Counted from the first letter of the stretch, positions 6,480-12,248 are shown. The stretch: 12,248 nucleotides of DNA from Terriglobales bacterium (GCA_035651555.1 DASRFL010000008.1:1-12248), one strand, 5' to 3'. Made by a program: numbers and translations. The notes: a model not told the origin generated them from the letters alone.

Positions 6480-6838
6480 AGCCTGCTCGACGAAAGAACA
6501 AGCGACTTGAAAGGTATTTGGAACGCGGAATCAAACCGCCTGACCTTCAATCGTTGGTCCTGGACGACGACCCGCTGTCCGGCCTGCAAGAAGATCACGT
6601 TGCAAGCCGTCAGCACGATTCCAAGCTCGTTGCTCCGGTCACACCGAAAGCTCATCAGCGGCTTGAGAGAAATCGAAATGCCGCTGGTGTCAGCAGGAAA
6701 TATGAGAAGAACCTGGTCAAGCGAACCATACAACGCCTTAGGTCGAGCGCCGTCTTTGACGAGCTCCAAGCCGAAGCAAAGTGGCGATGGGCTGAAGACC
6801 TCGAACTTAGTATCAAGAAAAACGCTGAGGAGCGCTGA
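6476..6838 (+). CDS. Hypothetical basic/charged protein, 120 aa
   Basis: GTG start in a 4-nt GTGA overlap with the upstream stop. Its TGA shares one nucleotide with the polB ATG (cTGATG at 6836-6840). The composition is helical and charged. The two other ORFs over the same DNA (6507-6887 plus, 6452-6880 minus) look like out-of-frame artefacts. There is no internal Met, so the start is uncertain. Confidence 0.5.
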   Translation: MKPARRKNKRLERYLERGIKPPDLQSLVLDDDPLSGLQEDHVASRQHDSKLVAPVTPKAHQRLERNRNAAGVSRKYEKNLVKRTIQRLRSSAVFDELQAEAKWRWAEDLELSIKKNAEER

Positions 6839-9753
6839 TGAATCCGCAAGTAAAAGATCTTGCTCTTCGTGTTCACACAAAGGTTGAAGGCGCTAAGCGC
6901 GCCAAATCACGATCACGTAAGCTATCCGGCCCGCAATCGCTGAAATGGGCTAAACACGCGCTGGTAATCGATTGTGAAACGACCACGGAAGAACTCGGCC
7001 AAAAATTAAACTTCGGCTTCTATCGGAAGTGCAAAGAAATCAATAACGAATTCAAAACGATAGAAGAAGGCATCATCTTTGCCGACGATCTCGTGAAACG
7101 CCTGGGCCACACCGCCCTAGCGCTATTGCAACACTTCGCGCGTTCACAGCCCGACACGATTTGCGGTCGCTTTGCCAAGATGAAGATCTACTCACGGTCT
7201 AATTTCGTTAAGAAAGTGTTCTTCCCGTGGGCAATTCTGAAGAAAGCTGCAATCGTCGGCGCAAACCTGGCATTCGATCTTAGTGTTCTTTCGGTCGCCT
7301 ATCACGAGCACAAAACGGAAAACGGCTTCTCCTCTGAACTAGCGGCGCGTTACAAGCGACGCGAACACAAGCGCTATCCACGGCTACGAACCGTTCCAAA
7401 GAATTCGCGAACCGCGTTCTTCGACTTGTCGGGAGGAACGGGCCCATACAAATGTGGTCGCAAGAATCGCGGAAGATTCCTAGATGTTCTGACGTTTGCG
7501 TTCGCAATGCGAAACAAGCATCTCAAGCTGAAAACGGCTTGCGGAATAGATGGTTGGAACGTTGCTGGCAAGCTGGATCACCAACCAACAGGGAAAGTGA
7601 CGTTACAAGAAATCGAATATTGCCGGGAAGACGTTGCGGCAACGCTCCGGCTACTGAACGCACAACGCAAAGAATACGACAGCTTCCCGATTGATCTGAA
7701 ACCGGAACGCGCGCTCAGCCCCGCATCGATCGCGAAGAGCTTCCTCGAAAGTATGGGAATTCAAAAACCGGCAGAGAAATATAAATTGCCGGATTGGATT
7801 CACGGCGTCGCCATGCAAAGCTACTACGGCGGCAGAAGTGAAGTTCGTATTCGCGATCTCGAACTACCGGTGATTTTGGTCGACTATACGAGCAATTATC
7901 CAACCGCTGCAGTGCTATTGAACGTATGGAAGCTAATGATCGCTGCGAAGATTCGCATTAAAGACGTTACCGAAGAGGCGCGCAGCACCCTGGGCTTGGT
8001 AAATCGCGATCGTTTGTTGAACCCACAATTCTGGGCTACGCTCGATTTCATCGCGCTAGTTGTGCCAGATGGTCACCTTTGCCCCGTACGTACTGAATAT
8101 GACGATGTCGACGGTGAATCAACGAATATTGGCTGCAATCCGCTGTTTTCCAGGACGCCAATCTGGCTAACCGGCCCGGACCTGGCAAACGCCGTTCTCC
8201 ATGGCCATCGAATAAAGATCCTTCGGGCTATCCGGCTCGTTCCTGTGGGCATTCAAAAAGGGCTCCAGCCGGTAAGAATTGGCGATCGCGTCATCGATCC
8301 CCGACGAGATAATCCGTACACCGCTTGGGTTGAGCTAAAAGAAGTCTCGTCTGGGACAATCAAACAATTTATTAAGGTGTTGCTGAACTCGGGAGTATAT
8401 GGATTGGCCGTCGAACTGAACTTGAAGCGCTACAGCAAGAACCGACCTAAGACGATCCGCATCTGGGCGGGCGACAAAGAGCTTCCTCCCACTAAGGACA
8501 CCAAAATCGAAATTCCCGGCCAGTGGTATTTCCCCTGGATTGCGACCCTCATCACGGGTGGAGGACGTTTACTGCTAGGCATGTTGGAGAAGGAACTCGC
8601 AACACTCCAGGGTAGTTACATGATGACAGACACGGACAGCATGGCAATCATCGCGAATGAAGAAGGTGGATTTATTCCGTGCCCTGGTGGACCGCATAAA
8701 ATGTCAGATGGGAAAGACGCGGTAAAAGCGCTTTCGCGCGCGGAAGTCGAGAAAATCACCGACCGAATTCAAAAACTCTCACCGTATAGCGCAAATATCA
8801 GACTATTGAAAATTGACAAAGCAAATTTAGATCGCAATGGTAAGCCGCACCAGCTCTTTGGAATCGGCTATTCGGCGAAAAGATACTGCCTGCGCACGGA
8901 AAAAGAGATCATCAAGCCCAGCGAGCACGGCCTTGGACCTTATTTCGTTCCAGCATATAAAGATGATGAACGCTTCTGGACGCCCGACGATTGCTTGAAA
9001 GGGGACGCGTATCTTCGCTGGGTGAAAGAACTATGGGAATTCATTCTTGGAATCAGAAAAGAATTGCCGAAATGGGCTAATTACTACTCGATGCGCAAAT
9101 ACGCGGTCACCACGCCAAATATTCTTACAAAATTGCGCCGTTTGAATCGTGACGCAGCAAAACCATACTCGTTTTGTATTGGTCCGATTTCATCTTTTGG
9201 GCATGATACAAAGGTTACCCCGTACTGCGAAAACCCCGAATTGTGGAAGGATCGCGAGTACATTTCGCTGAAAACCGGTCAGACAACGCGTTTGAGCAGC
9301 ATTGAAAATGATTGCGAAGGTGAAGAGAGCTTCGTTATTGACGATGCGCCCGAAAAACTTAAGAAGGTCATCGAGGATTATTCGAAATCAATCGAGCATA
9401 AAAGCCTCGCGCCGGATGGATCGAAGTGCGCGAGCGAAACGTGCGGCTTGCTGCGTAGACGCGCAATCAGAGCGAGTGGAATATTTAACTGGATCGGAAA
9501 AGAAGTAGATCGTGGAACTTCAACTGATCCGGAATTTTATTCAAATGAGACGCTCACTAAGTACGCACAAAATGGTTATCAATTTCCCGAAGCTCTAAAT
9601 AAATTTACAAACAGCGAGCTTGCAACGCGCACGGGATTATCCGAGAAAACAATTCGCGCGGCGAGAAGAAACAAGACGCGAACTCAGGCGACAACTGCTG
9701 CGAGATTATCGTGGTGCGCGCGTATGGTGCAAGAACACAGATCACAAGTGTGA
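6838..9753 (+). CDS. polB: Family-B DNA polymerase with 3'-5' exonuclease domain (971 aa)
   Basis: Motifs read in the translation:
- ExoI: VIDCETT (D45 nt 6970-6972, E47)
- ExoII: GANLAFDL (N143 nt 7264, D147 nt 7276)
- ExoIII: YCRED (Y261 nt 7618, D265 nt 7630)
- Motif A: VDYTSNYPT (D349 nt 7882)
- Motif B: KVLLNSGVYG (K513 nt 8374)
- Motif C: MTDTDS (D598 nt 8629, D600 nt 8635)
- KxY: AKRYC (K681 nt 8878)
An HTH-like C-terminal tail, ELATRTGLSEKTIRAARRNK, lies at about nt 9610-9672. Confidence 0.92.
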   Translation: MNPQVKDLALRVHTKVEGAKRAKSRSRKLSGPQSLKWAKHALVIDCETTTEELGQKLNFGFYRKCKEINNEFKTIEEGIIFADDLVKRLGHTALALLQHFARSQPDTICGRFAKMKIYSRSNFVKKVFFPWAILKKAAIVGANLAFDLSVLSVAYHEHKTENGFSSELAARYKRREHKRYPRLRTVPKNSRTAFFDLSGGTGPYKCGRKNRGRFLDVLTFAFAMRNKHLKLKTACGIDGWNVAGKLDHQPTGKVTLQEIEYCREDVAATLRLLNAQRKEYDSFPIDLKPERALSPASIAKSFLESMGIQKPAEKYKLPDWIHGVAMQSYYGGRSEVRIRDLELPVILVDYTSNYPTAAVLLNVWKLMIAAKIRIKDVTEEARSTLGLVNRDRLLNPQFWATLDFIALVVPDGHLCPVRTEYDDVDGESTNIGCNPLFSRTPIWLTGPDLANAVLHGHRIKILRAIRLVPVGIQKGLQPVRIGDRVIDPRRDNPYTAWVELKEVSSGTIKQFIKVLLNSGVYGLAVELNLKRYSKNRPKTIRIWAGDKELPPTKDTKIEIPGQWYFPWIATLITGGGRLLLGMLEKELATLQGSYMMTDTDSMAIIANEEGGFIPCPGGPHKMSDGKDAVKALSRAEVEKITDRIQKLSPYSANIRLLKIDKANLDRNGKPHQLFGIGYSAKRYCLRTEKEIIKPSEHGLGPYFVPAYKDDERFWTPDDCLKGDAYLRWVKELWEFILGIRKELPKWANYYSMRKYAVTTPNILTKLRRLNRDAAKPYSFCIGPISSFGHDTKVTPYCENPELWKDREYISLKTGQTTRLSSIENDCEGEESFVIDDAPEKLKKVIEDYSKSIEHKSLAPDGSKCASETCGLLRRRAIRASGIFNWIGKEVDRGTSTDPEFYSNETLTKYAQNGYQFPEALNKFTNSELATRTGLSEKTIRAARRNKTRTQATTAARLSWCARMVQEHRSQV

Positions 9754-9843
9754 AGAAGGCGATTTAGCATAGTGAAGTTTAGATACCACTAGAATACAGA
9801 CCAGTAACGCGAACTATCACGAGCGAAGAAGGAAAGGACGACT

Positions 9844-10048
9844 TTGCGACAACCGGAATTAACAAGTGTGTGCACGATGCCAGAGATCAAAAACTGTATG
9901 AGCTTTGCCGTAGATCAGCAATGAGAAAGATTCAGACAAGCTGATTGCATTGGTCCAAAAGCTAACGAAACTTCTCGCTGAAGAGCAGGACGAAATCAAG
10001 GCCAAAATCAAGGCGAACGCCGGGAAACGCGTGTCGATTATTGAGTAG
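9844..10048 (+). pseudogene. Small ORF split by a +1 frame change (possible frameshifted small-protein gene or assembly error)
   Basis: GGAAAGGA (9831-9838) then TTG at 9844 (in-frame ATG at 9877) gives ...CTMPEIKNCMSFAVDQQ, then TGA (9922-9924). The +1 frame continues (9914-10048) as ISNEKDSDKLIALVQKLTKLLAEEQDEIKAKIKANAGKRVSIIE*, but it has no start codon of its own. Confidence 0.3.
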
Positions 10049-10121
10049 GCTTGCGTAAGTGGAAGGCAAAATGAAGAGGAAATCTACCTAGAATTTCCCG
10101 AGGCCCCGCAGAGGTATAGGT

Positions 10122-10150
10122 GTCTCTGTTGAGACGAAGGCATGGCCTTC
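10122..10150 (-). terminator. Two short hairpins just downstream of the LuxR-type regulator stop (weak terminator candidate)
   Basis: GTCTC (10122-10126) TGTT GAGAC (10131-10135), and GAAGGC (10136-10141) ATG GCCTTC (10145-10150). They begin 5 nt after the stop codon at 10155-10157. The stems are short and no U-tract follows. Confidence 0.25.
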
Positions 10151-10154
10151 TCAG

Positions 10155-10874
10155 TCACAGGCCAGTGGCTACATCCTCTCGACCATTCGCCGAACCTGTG
10201 AAGCGCGACACGCCTGGGAGCGGCACGTGGATGATCTCGTTTGTCACTGCGTACAGCACCAAACTGGCAAGGGAGTGAAGTTTGAGCTTACGCATGATAT
10301 TGCTGCGATGGGTTTCGGCCGTTTTTAATGAGATCCCTAAGAGACGGGCCACTTCCCTGGAACTGTTGCCCTCGCCTACGAGCTGAATGACCTCGCGCTC
10401 CCGAAGCGACAACTGGGATAGCTTGATCACGGGAGGAACAGCTTGGTCGCGCGACACGTAACCGTTAAGGATCAAATCGGACACACCAGCGCTGAACATC
10501 GACCTGCCCCCTTGAAGAGCTTCTACTGCTGTCACAAGGTCCTGAGTGGTGTCCGACTTAAAAAACCACCCCCGGACCCCGATTTCCAGACATTCGCGGA
10601 TCACTTGCTCGGAGGCCACATCGGTCACGACCAGTATTCTCAGGTTCGGATCGTGGTTCAGAATCTGTCGCGCCGCCTCCACGCCATTCAGCAGGGGCAT
10701 GCAAATATCCAAAATGACCAGGTCTGGCTTCAACTGCATGCATTTCTCGACGGCATCCCGCCCATCCGCAGACTCACCGCAGAGTTCCCAATCTGGGTGG
10801 GAGGCTAAGAGTGAGCCCAGGCCCAGGCGGAACACCGGATGATCGTCCACCACCAGAATTCGAAAGGTACTCAT
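10155..10874 (-). CDS. Two-component response regulator, NarL/FixJ (LuxR-type HTH) family
   Basis: REC domain: ILVVDDHPVFRLGL...KPDLVILDICMPLLNG. LuxR HTH: LSLREREVIQLVGEGNSSREVARLLGISLKTAETHRSNIMRKLKLHSLASLVLYAV. ATG at 10874 with GAGGT 6 nt upstream; the ORF-track TTG at 10889 is rejected. Confidence 0.9.
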   Translation of the reverse strand: MSTFRILVVDDHPVFRLGLGSLLASHPDWELCGESADGRDAVEKCMQLKPDLVILDICMPLLNGVEAARQILNHDPNLRILVVTDVASEQVIRECLEIGVRGWFFKSDTTQDLVTAVEALQGGRSMFSAGVSDLILNGYVSRDQAVPPVIKLSQLSLREREVIQLVGEGNSSREVARLLGISLKTAETHRSNIMRKLKLHSLASLVLYAVTNEIIHVPLPGVSRFTGSANGREDVATGL

Positions 10875-10928
10875 GGCAGGACCTCGCAAGCGCCATAACG
10901 AAATTTATCAAGGTGTCAGCGTGCCGTC

Positions 10929-10944
10929 TGATCAGAATTGCTCA
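10929..10944. promoter_or_regulatory. Palindrome-like operator TGATCAGAATTGCTCA upstream of the LuxR-type regulator gene
   Basis: Inverted half-sites TGATCA and TGCTCA with a 4-bp spacer, 14/16 identical to the site at 11821-11836. It lies 55 nt upstream of the ATG at 10874. A GATAAAT box (minus-strand reading of 10903-10909) lies 20 nt downstream of the site. Confidence 0.4.
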
Positions 10945-10995
10945 ACTGGTGCTTGCGGTGCCGCGCCCTGCGAAGCATCCGTTGAGCGCCGCCTG

Positions 10996-11020
10996 AGCGT
11001 GGCACAGAAGGGCCACTGCT
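10996..11020 (-). terminator. Bulged hairpin downstream of the CheY-like regulator gene (weak terminator candidate)
   Basis: AGCGTGGC (10996-11003), loop ACAGAAGG, then GCCAC-T-GCT (11012-11020): an 8-bp stem with a 1-nt bulge. It lies 30 nt after the stop at 11050. No U-tract follows. Confidence 0.25.
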
Positions 11021-11049
11021 TGCGAGGCTGTGCAATATTTGGGCTGTGC

Positions 11050-11703
11050 CTACGCGACAGATTCCTGCGGAGATTTCAGAAAAGCTGCTTTCCATGCCGC
11101 CCGTTTTTCAGGCGAGTTCACGGAGCGGGAAAAATCAATGATGTAGGTGACTTCGTGAGGACAGTAGATGCAGGCAGTCTTCAGAACCTCGCCGGCTGGT
11201 TCATGATCAACCGTGAACGGGAACGATCTCAGGCATTGCGTACAGGTCAGAAGGACGAAAGGGTTACCATTCTGATCCTTACCATTTCGCGGAATCCACA
11301 CCGGAGCATTCTCTCCCTTGTGTTGGACAGGACCCGTTCGGATGAGGTCAGCAACAATCTCTAAGAGCTTCGCGGCACTTTCCTCGCCTTTAGCGTAGAA
11401 GGCGTCAGCTATGACTCCTCCAGGCACGGCGCCGGAGGTATACGCACCGCTAGCCGCCACCACCATAACGTTTGGGAACCTGCGTCTCACTACGGACAGC
11501 AACTCGAATCCCGACATTTGGGGCATATTAAGATCGGAGACCACCAAGTCCGGGAGCTTCTGTTGCATTTGCAAAAGCGCGTCAAACCCATCATTTGCGG
11601 TGGTGACCTCGTAGCCTTCCTTCTCGAGCACTCTAGAGAATGTCAAACGTACCGCCTCGTCATCTTCGACCACAAGTATGCGTGTTTTGGATTTGCTACA
11701 CAT
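11050..11703 (-). CDS. CheY-like response regulator receiver domain fused to a C-terminal CxxC...CxxC domain
   Basis: REC domain: RILVVEDDEAVRLTF...LPDLVVSDLNMPQMSGFELL. C-terminal ~80 aa: LLTCTQCLRSFPFTVDHEPAGEVLKTACIYCPHEVTYIIDF, which is Zn-ribbon-like. ATG at 11703 with GAGGTG 4 nt upstream. Confidence 0.85.
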   Translation of the reverse strand: MCSKSKTRILVVEDDEAVRLTFSRVLEKEGYEVTTANDGFDALLQMQQKLPDLVVSDLNMPQMSGFELLSVVRRRFPNVMVVAASGAYTSGAVPGGVIADAFYAKGEESAAKLLEIVADLIRTGPVQHKGENAPVWIPRNGKDQNGNPFVLLTCTQCLRSFPFTVDHEPAGEVLKTACIYCPHEVTYIIDFSRSVNSPEKRAAWKAAFLKSPQESVA

Positions 11704-11820
11704 CGGGCACCTCGCGCATTGAATGTGCCAGAGGGAAAGTCATTTATCGTGCTTTAAGTCTCTCATCGGAATTCCTGAGTGTCTGGCCAAAAGTGTACAC
11801 CTGAGCTGCACCTTTGTTGG

Positions 11821-11836
11821 TGAGCAGAATTGCTCA
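11821..11836. promoter_or_regulatory. Palindromic operator TGAGCAGAATTGCTCA between the Crp/Fnr gene and the CheY-like regulator gene
   Basis: Perfect 6-bp inverted arms, TGAGCA N4 TGCTCA. A third half-site TGAGCA lies at 11843-11848. The site is 118 nt upstream of the ATG at 11703. A GATAAAT box (minus-strand reading of 11742-11748) lies between the site and the gene. Confidence 0.4.
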
Positions 11837-11870
11837 GTACATTGAGCAGGGCAGGACCGCGCCGTGGAAG

Positions 11871-12248
11871 TTAATCGTGCAGAACTACGTTGAGCAGTGA
11901 ACTGTGGACTTGCAAACCACCGTTGTAATGAATGAAACCTAATTTCCGGAATCGGTTCATGAAGAAGCTGACTCGCGACCGCGTGGTACCGACCATCTCA
12001 GCCAGGGTCTCCTGGCTAATCTTGGGAATCACGGTCTCAGGAGTACCGTCTTTGCCAAAATGAGCAAGTAAAAGCAGAATGCGGGCCAGTCTTTTTTCGC
12101 TGGAATTAAAAAGTTGGTCGACCAGATCTTCTTCGTAGCGGATATTTCGAGCCAGCAAATACGCCACGAACAGATCCGAAAGCGAGTGTTCGCGGTGAAG
12201 CGCATCCATCATTGCCTTCTTCTCTACCCGCAGAAGCTCGCAGTTGGT
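11871..12248 (-). CDS. Crp/Fnr-family transcriptional regulator, C-terminal part (the 5' end lies beyond the window)
   Basis: The frame stays open to the window edge (TNCELLRVEKKAMMDAL...). The tail is typical of Crp/Fnr proteins: RLARILLLLAHFGKDG...ISQETLAEMVGTTRSRVSFFMNRFRKLGFI (HTH). Confidence 0.85.
   Translation of the reverse strand, partial: TNCELLRVEKKAMMDALHREHSLSDLFVAYLLARNIRYEEDLVDQLFNSSEKRLARILLLLAHFGKDGTPETVIPKISQETLAEMVGTTRSRVSFFMNRFRKLGFIHYNGGLQVHSSLLNVVLHD

Larger units (their letters stand above)
2701..10154. mobile_element. Casposon-like self-synthesizing element (Cas1 + PolB module). The outer limits given are the maximal intergenic-to-intergenic span; the core is 2778-9753 and the true ends are unresolved
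   Basis: A stand-alone Cas1 homolog (2778-4313, minus) and a family-B DNA polymerase (6838-9753, plus) lie within 2.5 kb of each other. An excisionase-type HTH gene and four unknown ORFs accompany them. No CRISPR repeats or cas2 are present. Housekeeping-type genes flank both sides. No TIR or TSD was found by eye. Confidence 0.6.

Noticed and set aside
5366-7903. Alternative ORFs in the operon and polB region (5366-5548, 5697-6026, 5794-6033, 6079-6366, 6452-6880, 6507-6887, 6655-6876, 7280-7507, 7374-7571, 7452-7694, 7715-7903, 9302-9508)
   Set aside because: They are out of frame or antisense to the coupled gene chain. The chosen frames are supported by SD sites, overlapping stop/start junctions or catalytic motifs, and the alternatives are Ser/Arg-rich.
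9919-9927. Programmed +1 ribosomal frameshift at CAA-UGA-G (prfB-like) in the small ORF
   Set aside because: The geometry (a stop codon in the 0 frame and an open +1 frame) resembles prfB. However, there is no Shine-Dalgarno-like stimulator a few nucleotides upstream and no slippery CUU-type codon. A simple indel or sequencing error is more parsimonious.
136-10154. tRNA genes at the element flanks (common casposon or integrative-element targets)
   Set aside because: I recognised no GTTCGAATC/GGTTCAAATCC-like T-arm or cloverleaf-compatible segment in 136-644, 1425-1560, 2701-2777 or 9754-10154. The GGGATTCGGTAACC stretch near 377-390 does not fold into a tRNA arm pattern.
10443-11757. Plus-strand ORFs across the two response-regulator genes and their spacer (10443-10808, 10546-10842, 10811-10996, 10873-11364, 11411-11614, 11518-11757), plus the minus-strand out-of-frame ORF 10558-10743
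   Set aside because: The plus-strand ORFs are antisense to clear REC/HTH domain genes, and 10558-10743 is out of frame with the LuxR-type gene. Their composition is non-protein-like, and none has a ribosome-binding site.
1-12248. A CRISPR array, cas2 or other cas genes accompanying the Cas1
   Set aside because: I looked for regularly spaced direct repeats of 24-40 bp on both strands and found none. The only tandem repeat is the 2 x 12 bp unit at 2744-2767. No ORF resembles Cas2, Cas4 or an effector. The Cas1 is therefore treated as stand-alone within this window; an array outside the window cannot be excluded.

Overview
The window holds ordinary chromosomal genes on both sides of a roughly 7 kb insert-like module. 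That module looks like a casposon-type self-synthesizing mobile element.

Left flank: a partial exported-protein gene on the minus strand (1-135). A 510-bp structured intergenic region. A secreted protein with an internal domain duplication and an LPKTG sortase-type C-terminal signal (645-1424). An AI-2E/PerM-family permease (1561-2700).

Core (2778-9753): two divergent gene sets meet at about 5214-5280.
- Minus strand: an unknown 271-292 aa protein, then a stand-alone Cas1 homolog. The Cas1 has an intact E/H/D active-site pattern and a C-terminal Zn-ribbon plus HTH extension.
- Plus strand: a translationally coupled five-gene operon. It encodes an excisionase-type HTH protein, three small basic proteins of unknown function, and a 971-aa family-B DNA polymerase. 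The polymerase carries ExoI/II/III, motifs A/B/C and KxY, all readable in the translation.

I see no CRISPR array, cas2, integrase or tRNA anywhere in the window. By eye I could not find convincing terminal inverted repeats or target-site duplications, so the element boundaries remain unresolved.

Right flank: a frameshifted small ORF remnant. A NarL/LuxR-type response regulator. A CheY-like response regulator with a CxxC...CxxC tail. The 3' part of a Crp/Fnr-family regulator gene. Both response-regulator genes are preceded by nearly the same 16-bp palindrome-like site (TGAKCAGAATTGCTCA) and a GATAAAT -10-like box.

All calls come from reading the translations and sequence by eye. No database search or statistics program was run.
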